Below, piece by piece: positions 25,017-32,859 of a stretch of 32,859 nucleotides of DNA. The DNA is taken from assembly GCA_902785445.1 (NCBI GenBank), contig CACZYN010000001.1:1-32859 (forward strand). Reading direction: 5' to 3'. A program made the position numbers and the translations under genes. How positions within the stretch are numbered: the first letter of the stretch is position 1; every line of letters begins with the position of its first letter. The notes beneath the pieces were generated by a model, which saw only the letters and a list, made by a program, of their open reading frames with translations, was not told the DNA's origin and made no database searches. The stretch comes from an uncultured Anaerovibrio sp. (GTDB lineage: Bacteria; Bacillota; Negativicutes; Selenomonadales; Selenomonadaceae).

Positions 25017-26414
25017 ATGGAAGAAAAAGGAATGAAAAGGGGATTGAAAAACCGCCATTTACAGCTCATATCCTTAGGGGGAGTAATCAGTAGCGGATAT
25101 TTCCTTGGCACAGGCTATATTTTGGAACAGGCCGGACCAGCATCAGTAGTGTCCTATTTGTTAGGCGGTGCTATTGTTTTGTGCGTCATGCTTTGTTTAG
25201 CGGAATTGGCCGTGGCTGAACCTATCGCAGGCTCTTTTGTTACTTACGCGAGAAAGTATATAAATCCTACCTGGGCCTGTGGTGTTGGCTGGACCTATTG
25301 GGTCACTTGGGTTACTTATGTTCCTGCCGAAATGATTGCGGCGGGCATTATAATGAATAATTTCGTGCCGGAAGTCAGTCAACTGTGGTGGGCGATTCTT
25401 TTTTGTCTGTTGGTCACATTGGTAAACATTTTTCAAGTAGATAAATTTGGCGAAAGTGAATTTTGGCTGGCCATAATCAAGATACTTGCTCTTATTGCTT
25501 TCAGTATTGTGGGTATCATGATAATACTGGGTATAATAGGTGATCAGGGCTTTATTGGGACGACCTTGCTCTTGGGCAGCGGTGGTTTTGCCCCAAATGG
25601 CTATTGGGCCATTATCCTCATAATGACCATTATTTTGGTTAATTTCCAGGGAACAGAAATCATCGGCTTGGCAGCTGGTGAGTGCGAGGAACCAGCTAAA
25701 AGTATTCCTTTGGCGGTTAGAAATGTAACCTGGCGTATTATCGCTTTATATATAGTTCCAATTTCTATTTTGGTATCTATATTGCCTTGGGATCAGGCAG
25801 GTTTGGATGAAAGTGTATTTGCGGTTGCTTTGGCCAATTACGGCTTGGATAAGTTCGCGGCCTGCTTCAGTTTCGTTATTTTGACGGCGGCTCTTTCCTG
25901 TGTAAATTCTGGCTTGTATGGCACCAGTCGGGCTATGTATTCATTGGCATCCATCGGTATGGCCCCTAAGACCTTTGCGAAGCTCAATAAAAATGGCGTT
26001 CCGCAGAATTCGGTAATTATTACCATTGCCACCTGTTGGCTGATTATCCTTTTGTACAGTTTTGATACCAGCGATATGGCTTACACATATTTGCTTTCCT
26101 TGTCTGGTTTTACGGGAGCCATTGCCTGGATTTCCATCTGCTGGAGTCAGTACAATTTCCGTAAGCATTGTCGGGCCAGAAATTCGGAAGACAGACTGCG
26201 TTATAAGACACCGTTCTTCCCTTTCGTTACACTGTTTGGTATTTGGGCCCAGGTAATCTGCATGGTGGTTATAGCCTCTACCCCGGATTTGCGGGAGACG
26301 ATTTATTTGGGAGTAATCAGTTTGATAATCCCTATGGCGATATTTAAAATCGGTACTCGAAATCGTAAGAGTAAAAAACGGAAAAGATTGGCGGCTATCA
26401 GCGCCACTAAATAA
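25017..26414 (+). CDS. APC-superfamily amino-acid permease (RocE/LysP-like; substrate uncertain)
   Basis: KRGLKNRHLQLISLGG, FGESEFW, FQGTEIIGLAAGE, NSGLYGTSR, about 12 TM helices. Start codon uncertain (24993/25017/25032). Confidence 0.9.
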   Translation: MEEKGMKRGLKNRHLQLISLGGVISSGYFLGTGYILEQAGPASVVSYLLGGAIVLCVMLCLAELAVAEPIAGSFVTYARKYINPTWACGVGWTYWVTWVTYVPAEMIAAGIIMNNFVPEVSQLWWAILFCLLVTLVNIFQVDKFGESEFWLAIIKILALIAFSIVGIMIILGIIGDQGFIGTTLLLGSGGFAPNGYWAIILIMTIILVNFQGTEIIGLAAGECEEPAKSIPLAVRNVTWRIIALYIVPISILVSILPWDQAGLDESVFAVALANYGLDKFAACFSFVILTAALSCVNSGLYGTSRAMYSLASIGMAPKTFAKLNKNGVPQNSVIITIATCWLIILLYSFDTSDMAYTYLLSLSGFTGAIAWISICWSQYNFRKHCRARNSEDRLRYKTPFFPFVTLFGIWAQVICMVVIASTPDLRETIYLGVISLIIPMAIFKIGTRNRKSKKRKRLAAISATK

Positions 26415-26421
26415 AAATGTC

Positions 26422-26458
26422 GAGTCCTTTTTGACAATGGGTCAGAGAGGACTCTTTT
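26422..26458 (+). terminator. Intrinsic terminator after the amino-acid permease
   Basis: GAGTCCTTTTTGAC...GTCAGAGAGGACTC-TTTT. Confidence 0.8.
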
Positions 26459-26531
26459 AATTGAAAAATACATCCCTCCGTGATAGAATTTTAGTTAGGG
26501 GTTAAATAAATTATTTTTTCAGGGGGATAAT

Positions 26532-27503
26532 ATGAGAGGCGTAAAAAAAATAGCGGGAATTATTACGGTAGCAGTAATGTTGCTGGGTAATTTGGCTTTC
26601 GCTGCCGAGGGGGAAAAGGCCAGCGAGGAAATAATTCCCATGGTGAATGACGGTACCAAAATTGTCATCAATCTGGCTAGTCGTGGACTGTATTTGTTTG
26701 AGCAGGGGACAAAGACCAGACTCTATCCGATAGCCTGTGGTAAGCCTTCAGATCCTACACCGATAGGATATCGCAAGGTTTATGAAAAGGAAGTAAATCC
26801 GGTTTGGCGGGATTCCCGTGATCCAAGCAGTGTGGTCTATTCCGGACCGGACAATCCATTGGGATATCGTTGGATTGGTATTGGAGGGTATTATGGCATC
26901 CATGGCACCAACAATCCAAGCAGTATTGGTTCCTACGCATCCAGAGGCTGTATACGCATGATGGAAAAGGATGTGGAGGAGCTCTATGAACGGGTGGCAG
27001 TTGGTACCCCAGTGGAGATTTTTTATAATCGAGTTGTGGTGGAAAAAGCCCCGGATGATCAGGTAACTTATTACATTTATCCGGATTCCTACGGGCGTCA
27101 GCCTATTACCGTGGCTCAGGTAAACGAGTGGCTCCACGGATTTGGGGTGGAGTGCTTTGAAAGTGATGCGGCTATATCGGCAAAGATTAATGCATCAGAC
27201 GGACAGCCGACTTACATTGCCCGGTCCTATAATTTGGAGGTAAATGGCGGCCTTATATCCTGGAAAGCCGTGGAACGGGAAGGGATATATTATTTGCCGT
27301 TGATTCAGATGGCGGAGGCTTTGAAATTGCCTGTGCATTACGATCGGGTCAATGGGGTTGTTACTACCAGTTATGGTACTACATCGGTTTATGATTTTAA
27401 GAATGTGCTGTATATAAATGCTGATGATGCAGAGAAATTATTGCATGTTAACGGTGGCAAGCAGGATAGGACCTTATTTTCCTACTACAAAATGAAGGAT
27501 TAA
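26532..27503 (+). CDS. L,D-transpeptidase (YkuD family) with signal peptide
   Basis: Signal peptide ending AFA. YPIACGK..PTP.G, NPLG.RW, YGIHGTN...SRGCIRM catalytic His/Cys motif. Confidence 0.93.
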   Translation: MRGVKKIAGIITVAVMLLGNLAFAAEGEKASEEIIPMVNDGTKIVINLASRGLYLFEQGTKTRLYPIACGKPSDPTPIGYRKVYEKEVNPVWRDSRDPSSVVYSGPDNPLGYRWIGIGGYYGIHGTNNPSSIGSYASRGCIRMMEKDVEELYERVAVGTPVEIFYNRVVVEKAPDDQVTYYIYPDSYGRQPITVAQVNEWLHGFGVECFESDAAISAKINASDGQPTYIARSYNLEVNGGLISWKAVEREGIYYLPLIQMAEALKLPVHYDRVNGVVTTSYGTTSVYDFKNVLYINADDAEKLLHVNGGKQDRTLFSYYKMKD

Positions 27504-27571
27504 ACTTAGTTAGTGCAAAGGGCTTCGTACATAAATGTGTACGAAGCCTGCTTATGCGTGGAGGTATAGTT

Positions 27572-30238
27572 TTGAAGAAGAAATTTTTTATTTTGGATGG
27601 CAGCAGCTTATTATATCGGGCTTTTTATGCGCTGCCTCTCTTGGAGTCCAAGTCTGGTGAATTTACCAATGCCATATATGGCTTTTCCAATATGCTGTTG
27701 AAGCTTTTGGGAGAATGGCAGCCGGATGCCTTGGTAATCGCCTTTGACAAGGGCAAAAAGACCTTCCGCAATGAGATGTTTGCTGACTATAAGGGAACAC
27801 GCAAGCCTACTCCGCCAGAGCTTTTAAGCCAAATTCCGCTGTTTCACGAAATGTTGGAGGCTTGGGGAATAACTCTGGTGGAGCTGGCTGGCTATGAAGC
27901 CGATGATATAATTGGTACATTGGCTAACAAGGCAGTAGGCGAAGGATATGAAGCTTATGTGGTAACCGGCGATCGGGATGCCCTGCAGCTGGTTAAGCCT
28001 GATTTAAAGGTGCTGTTTACCAAAAAGGGAATTTCTGAGCTCAAAGTTTATGATGAGGCGGCTTTTCAGGAAGAATATGGCCTGGATCCAATTCAGTTAA
28101 TTGATATGAAGGGCCTGATGGGGGATACTTCGGATAATATCCCTGGTGTTCCGGGAGTAGGTCCCAAAACGGCTATAAAATTATTGGCGGCATACGGTTC
28201 CTTGGAGGAAGTATTGCTGCATATAGAAGAAATTTCCGGCAAAAAATTGCAGGAAAATATCCGGGATAATCAGCAACAGGCAGTATTGTCCAAGAAATTG
28301 GCGACAATTTGCACTGAAGTGCCGGTGGAATTTGATGCGGAAGCATTTAAAATAAACACCAATGGTGCTGCCCTTAAGGGCTTTTATACCCGATATAATA
28401 TACGCTCTGTTTTGAAGGCAATACAACCATTCATTTCCGAGGAAGATGGGGATGCTGACCTAGAGGAACAACAGCTTGCCATTCCGGAATGTCATATTGT
28501 TGATTCGGTTGGAAAGGCCAAGGAATTGGCTGATAAATGTAAAAAAACAGGTGAAGTATATGTGTCAGCCCTGTTTGAGGGCAAGGTACCGGAAGTTAGC
28601 TTGTCCGGACTGGGTCTCTCTCTGGCTGGTGAGCGGTATTATTTGCCCATAGGCCGTGAGGCTGATAATGGCCTTGAGTCAATGCTCTTTGCGCCATCAT
28701 GTGCGGATAATCAGGTTTGGGAAGCTATTAAGCCTGTGTTTTCGGATGACAAAATTGTAAAATATCTCCACAACGTAAAGATGTACTACCATGCCGGAAT
28801 AGAAGTTATGGGGAAAATATTCGATGTGGAGTTAATGGGTTATTTGCTGAATCCGGCCAGCAGCCAATATGATATAAAATCCCTGTCCGGGATATATGCG
28901 CCGGAATTAATGGGGACCTCTAAGGAGACTGCTGCCAGTGAAATATGTTCTTGGCAGGCCTTTTCTATGTCTCTTTTTGTTGGAGAAATGTTGACTGAGC
29001 TGGACAAAAAGGATTTGACCAGGCTATACACCGATATTGAGCTGCCATTGGTAAAGGTTTTGGCCGATATGGAGGAGTATGGTATTTATGTGAATCGCCA
29101 AAGCCTACAGGAGCAGGCGGTAAAAGTTGGTGGTATAATTAATGCCTTGGAGCAGGAAATATACCAGCTGGCTGGTCAGGAATTCAATGTTAATTCTCCC
29201 AAGCAGCTAGGGGAGGTTCTCTTTGAAAAGTTGGGTTTGCCTGTAATAAAGAAAACCAAAACGGGTTATTCTACCAATGCAGAGGTGTTGGAGCAGCTGC
29301 GGGATGCTCACCCGATAATTGAGAAAATATTGAGCTACCGCATCTGGACTAAGCTGAAATCCACCTATTTGGATGGTATAATTCCGCTGATAAATCCGAA
29401 TACCCATCGTATTCATACCAGCTTCAATCAGACGGTTACTGCTACAGGACGTCTTAGCAGTTCGGATCCCAATTTACAGAACATCCCGGTACGCCGGGAG
29501 GAAGGCAAGAAAATTCGTCAGTTATTTGAACCTGGGGAAGGCTACGATTATCTTCTTTCCGCAGATTACTCCCAGATTGAATTACGGGTTTTGGCAGATA
29601 TGTCCCAGGATAAGAGCTTTATTAAGGCCTTTAAGGAAAATGAGGATATTCATGCCCGGACGGCTGCCGAGGTGTTCGGGGTGGATATAAAAGAGGTTAC
29701 CCCGCAGCTTCGCCGCAGTGCCAAAGCGGTTAATTTCGGTATCGTTTACGGAATAAGCGATTATGGCTTATCCCAGGATTTAAAGATAACTCGCAAGGAA
29801 GCAGCAGGCTATATTGAAAGCTATTTTGAAAAGTGCCCGGGGGTTAAGGCCTTCATTGATAAGACAGTGGCTGATGCCCATACCAAGGGCTATGTTCAGA
29901 CAGCCTTTGGGCGGCGACGGGATTTACCGGCCATTAACAGCAGCAATTATATGCAGCGGATGTTGGCAGAACGAATGGCCATGAATACACCTATTCAAGG
30001 TACAGCTGCAGATATTATCAAGGTGGCTATGATTCGGGCCCATAAAATGATAAAAAAAGCTGGTCTGAAAAGCCGTATCCTGCTGCAAGTTCACGATGAA
30101 CTGGTTTTGGAAGTAACTGAAGCCGAGCTGGCGCAAGTGAAGGGGATATTGAAGGAATCTATGGAAAAGGCTGTGACGCTGCAAGTTCCACTATCCATAG
30201 ACATTAATTTAGGTAAAAACTGGTCTGAAGCCAAGTAA
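27572..30238 (+). CDS. polA: DNA polymerase I
   Basis: ILDGSSLLYRAFYALP, EADDIIGT, GDTSDNIPGV, TGRLSSSDPNLQNIP, DYSQIELR, KAVNFGIVYG, QVHDEL. GGAGG supports TTG 27572. Confidence 0.98.
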   Translation: MKKKFFILDGSSLLYRAFYALPLLESKSGEFTNAIYGFSNMLLKLLGEWQPDALVIAFDKGKKTFRNEMFADYKGTRKPTPPELLSQIPLFHEMLEAWGITLVELAGYEADDIIGTLANKAVGEGYEAYVVTGDRDALQLVKPDLKVLFTKKGISELKVYDEAAFQEEYGLDPIQLIDMKGLMGDTSDNIPGVPGVGPKTAIKLLAAYGSLEEVLLHIEEISGKKLQENIRDNQQQAVLSKKLATICTEVPVEFDAEAFKINTNGAALKGFYTRYNIRSVLKAIQPFISEEDGDADLEEQQLAIPECHIVDSVGKAKELADKCKKTGEVYVSALFEGKVPEVSLSGLGLSLAGERYYLPIGREADNGLESMLFAPSCADNQVWEAIKPVFSDDKIVKYLHNVKMYYHAGIEVMGKIFDVELMGYLLNPASSQYDIKSLSGIYAPELMGTSKETAASEICSWQAFSMSLFVGEMLTELDKKDLTRLYTDIELPLVKVLADMEEYGIYVNRQSLQEQAVKVGGIINALEQEIYQLAGQEFNVNSPKQLGEVLFEKLGLPVIKKTKTGYSTNAEVLEQLRDAHPIIEKILSYRIWTKLKSTYLDGIIPLINPNTHRIHTSFNQTVTATGRLSSSDPNLQNIPVRREEGKKIRQLFEPGEGYDYLLSADYSQIELRVLADMSQDKSFIKAFKENEDIHARTAAEVFGVDIKEVTPQLRRSAKAVNFGIVYGISDYGLSQDLKITRKEAAGYIESYFEKCPGVKAFIDKTVADAHTKGYVQTAFGRRRDLPAINSSNYMQRMLAERMAMNTPIQGTAADIIKVAMIRAHKMIKKAGLKSRILLQVHDELVLEVTEAELAQVKGILKESMEKAVTLQVPLSIDINLGKNWSEAK

Positions 30239-30251
30239 AGGAGAATATATA

Positions 30252-31082
30252 ATGCCAGAAATGCCGGAGATAGAAACAATACGTCGTTCTTTGGAGCCAC
30301 ATATAAAGGGAAAGAAAATTAAAAAGATAGATTTGCTGTTGGAGCGGCAGATACAATGGCCTACCCCAGGTGAATTTGTTTTCCGTTTGCTCTTTCATAC
30401 TATTGAGGAATTGGAGCGCAGGGGGAAATATCTTATATTGAAAATGGATAATAATATTTCCTTGATATTTCACTTACGGATGACGGGACAGGTATGTTAT
30501 TGTCCGCCTAATACCCCTATGCCTGGCCATGCCAGAATTATTTTTGATTTATCTGACGGGTCCAGTCTGGTTTTTGCTGATACCCGGACTTTTGGTACTT
30601 TATATGCCATGAAGCCGGAGGAATTGCCACAGATAAAGGGCTTGGCGGAATTGGGCCCAGAGCCTTTATCTGCTGAATTTACTTTGGAGTATCTGGAAAA
30701 GATTTTGGCTGGCAAGGGAGGACGAATAAAGAGTTTTCTTTTAGACCAGTCCAATATTGCCGGTTTAGGGAATATCTATGTGGATGAAGCACTGTTTCTG
30801 GCTGGCATTCACCCTATGCGTTCGCCGGGGTCTATTACCGGTGAGGAGGCGGAAAAGCTGTTTGCCAGCGTTAATAAGGTAATAGCTGATGGGATAAATG
30901 ATGGTGGCACTACCTTTAGGGATTATCGGGATGGTAATGGCGACAAGGGAAGTCATCAGGATAATTTATTCGCTTATGGACGGGATGGTGAACCATGTCG
31001 TAATTGTGGTACCATCATTGAAAAAATCCGGGTAGGAGGCCGTGGCACCCATTATTGCCCGGTGTGTCAGGTGTTGGAATGA
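30252..31082 (+). CDS. mutM: Formamidopyrimidine-DNA glycosylase (Fpg)
   Basis: MPEMPE N-terminus, RRGKYL, HLRMTG, GLGNIYVDE, C-terminal zinc finger CRNC...CPVCQ. Confidence 0.97.
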   Translation: MPEMPEIETIRRSLEPHIKGKKIKKIDLLLERQIQWPTPGEFVFRLLFHTIEELERRGKYLILKMDNNISLIFHLRMTGQVCYCPPNTPMPGHARIIFDLSDGSSLVFADTRTFGTLYAMKPEELPQIKGLAELGPEPLSAEFTLEYLEKILAGKGGRIKSFLLDQSNIAGLGNIYVDEALFLAGIHPMRSPGSITGEEAEKLFASVNKVIADGINDGGTTFRDYRDGNGDKGSHQDNLFAYGRDGEPCRNCGTIIEKIRVGGRGTHYCPVCQVLE

Positions 31083-31672
31083 AACTAATTGGACTTACTG
31101 GTGGCATAGCTAGTGGAAAAAGTACTGCCACCAATATTCTTATTCAGGCAGGCTATACCGTTATTGACTGTGATCGGATAGCCTGGGATCTGGCTGAGCC
31201 CCAGGGGGAAATATGGCAGATATACGTTGACCGCTACGGAAGAGGGATTTTGCATGCTGATGACTCCTTAAATCGTCAGGCTGTGGCGGATATTGTCTTT
31301 CGGGATCAAGCTGAGCTCAAGGCCATTGATGCTTTGGTTCATCCCCTGATAAAAAAGCAAATGCTGGCCGAAGTCAGGCTGGCGCAAGAAAGTGGTGCAA
31401 CAATTGTTTTTTTGGATGTGCCTTTGCTATTTGAGGCTGGTTTTGATACAATGACTGATGAAAATTGGCTAATTTATGTTCCCTTTTCTATGCAAAAGGA
31501 ACGACTGATGGCCAGAAATGGGTACAGTGAGTCCGAAGCTCTTCGAAGGATTAATTCCCAGATGAGTTTGGAAGAGAAAAAACGCTTGGCGGATGTAGTA
31601 ATCTATAATGACGGCGATATAGAAATGCTTCGCCAGCAGATATTGGAGAAGATGAAGAATGGACAGAGCTGA
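31079..31672 (+). CDS. coaE: Dephospho-CoA kinase
   Basis: IGLTGGIASGKST, VHPLI, DVPLLFE. ATGA overlap with the mutM stop. Confidence 0.96.
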   Translation: MKLIGLTGGIASGKSTATNILIQAGYTVIDCDRIAWDLAEPQGEIWQIYVDRYGRGILHADDSLNRQAVADIVFRDQAELKAIDALVHPLIKKQMLAEVRLAQESGATIVFLDVPLLFEAGFDTMTDENWLIYVPFSMQKERLMARNGYSESEALRRINSQMSLEEKKRLADVVIYNDGDIEMLRQQILEKMKNGQS

Positions 31673-32291
31673 TGCCAGACTGCAACGGCGCCGGGAATAT
31701 ATGCAGCGTAAAAGGGAATTTAAGCGTAAGACCTGGAGTTTCGTTATTGGCATTACTATATTGTTTTCGGCTTTTTTGGCTTTTTTTGTTATGCAGCAGG
31801 AAACTGTACAAAGAACCTTTATGTATCCATATCACTACCGTGAATTAGTTCAGAGCGAGTGTAAAGCCAATGCTATTGACGAATTTATGGTGGCGGCAGT
31901 AATAAAAACCGAAAGCAACTTTAAGAATAACGCTAAATCCAACCACGGAGCTGTGGGTCTGATGCAGCTTATGCCAGAAACTGCATCCTGGATTGCCGAA
32001 GAAATTGACGATAAAGATTATTCTTTGGAGGAATTAAGCCAGCCAGAGACTAATATTAAATATGGTTCCTGGTATTTGACCCAGCTGATGAGAGATTTTC
32101 ATGGCAATAAGATATTAGCCTTGGCGGCCTATAATGCTGGTCGTGGTAATGTGGAAAATTGGATGGAAATATATGGCTGGGATGATAGTTTTTCTGATGT
32201 GACTTTGATTCCTTTTAAGGAAACAGAGCTATATGTCAAAAGTGTATTGCGCCTTGAAACAAAATACAGACAGCTATATGAGCATAAATGA
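31659..32291 (+). CDS. Membrane-anchored lytic transglycosylase (SLT domain)
   Basis: N-terminal TM helix. IKTESNF, GAVGLMQLMPETA, LAAYNAG, ETELYV. Common position after coaE. Confidence 0.93.
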   Translation: MDRADARLQRRREYMQRKREFKRKTWSFVIGITILFSAFLAFFVMQQETVQRTFMYPYHYRELVQSECKANAIDEFMVAAVIKTESNFKNNAKSNHGAVGLMQLMPETASWIAEEIDDKDYSLEELSQPETNIKYGSWYLTQLMRDFHGNKILALAAYNAGRGNVENWMEIYGWDDSFSDVTLIPFKETELYVKSVLRLETKYRQLYEHK

Positions 32292-32322
32292 AGACTTGCA
32301 CTATGTGTGGGTCTTTATTTTT
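32292..32322 (+). terminator. Probable terminator of the polA operon
   Basis: AAGACTTGCAC-TAT-GTGTGGGTCTT followed by TATTTTT. Confidence 0.6.
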
Positions 32323-32517
32323 GTATACAGTATAATGGGTTAAAATAAGCAAAAAACAGGAAATATTGTAAATTTTGCTAGTCACTAATGCTATTTTTGT
32401 ATTATAATGATATTTGTTTGAGTATTTAAGTAAGTGAAATGAAAACAAATGTATTTTTAATATGGACAAGGGGCCTTATTAAAATATTTTGTTTAAAATT
32501 TCAGCAGGAGGTACGTA

Positions 32518-32859
32518 ATGGCGCTTATTGTTAAGAAATTTGGCGGCTCATCGGTAGGAACCACCGAAAAAATCCTTAATGTTGCCAAGAGAATCATTGA
32601 TGAAAAGAAGCCTGGAGACCAGATAGTTATGGTGGTTTCGGCTATGGGGGACACTACTGATGACCTGATTAAGCTGGCTAAAGGCATTAATACAAATCCG
32701 TATCAGTTTCCCCGGGAAATGGATATGCTGTTGACCACTGGTGAGCAGGTTTCCATTGCTTTGTTGACTATGGCTTTTCGTGCCATGGGACAGAAGGCGA
32801 TTTCCCTTACTGGCCAGATGGTGGGGATGAAGACCAATTCCGTTCATACCAAAGGTAAG
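32518..32859 (+). CDS. Aspartate kinase, N-terminal part (runs off the window; absent from the ORF track)
   Basis: AGGAGG RBS. MALIVKKFGGSSVG...VVSAMGDTTDDL...REMDMLLTTGEQVSIALL. Confidence 0.95.
   Translation, partial: MALIVKKFGGSSVGTTEKILNVAKRIIDEKKPGDQIVMVVSAMGDTTDDLIKLAKGINTNPYQFPREMDMLLTTGEQVSIALLTMAFRAMGQKAISLTGQMVGMKTNSVHTKGK

Noticed and set aside
27521-27548. 11-bp perfect hairpin before polA as a terminator or riboswitch
   Set aside because: There is no U-tract and no aptamer-sized region. It is more likely a stabilising or processing stem.
32323-32517. Lysine riboswitch or T-box upstream of aspartokinase
   Set aside because: The region is very AT-rich, with no conserved aptamer motifs or terminator.

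Overview
Mostly core chromosome of an anaerobic Firmicute, probably Negativicutes/Selenomonadaceae-like (inferred from gene content and style, not proven). Housekeeping blocks: mutS2(partial)-pbp1A-tyrS-yebC-ruvC, a UvrD-DEDDh fusion, fba, rluA-uraA, murI, an amino-acid permease, an L,D-transpeptidase, polA-mutM-coaE-lytic transglycosylase and a partial aspartokinase. These surround an accessory zone at about 15.0-25.0 kb. That zone holds an orphan Cre-like tyrosine recombinase and a probable guanidine-IV-type riboswitch, with a compensatory kissing-loop change, upstream of an EamA/DMT transporter. It also holds an AT-rich three-gene candidate anti-phage island: a TPR-PD-(D/E)XK nuclease, an arginase/UPF0489-like protein and a PD-(D/E)XK-PUA/EVE-like nuclease. 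The two nuclease genes sit behind a perfect 16-bp inverted repeat. A recurrent intergenic module (GTCGCCTCCGGCA..GCCCA..AAAA plus hairpin plus promoter) lies at several gene junctions and gives a cassette-array look. Two CU-rich-loop structured RNAs flank a chromate-transporter pair. No rRNA, tRNA, IS transposase or CRISPR array was seen. All family assignments come from motif recognition by eye, not database searches.
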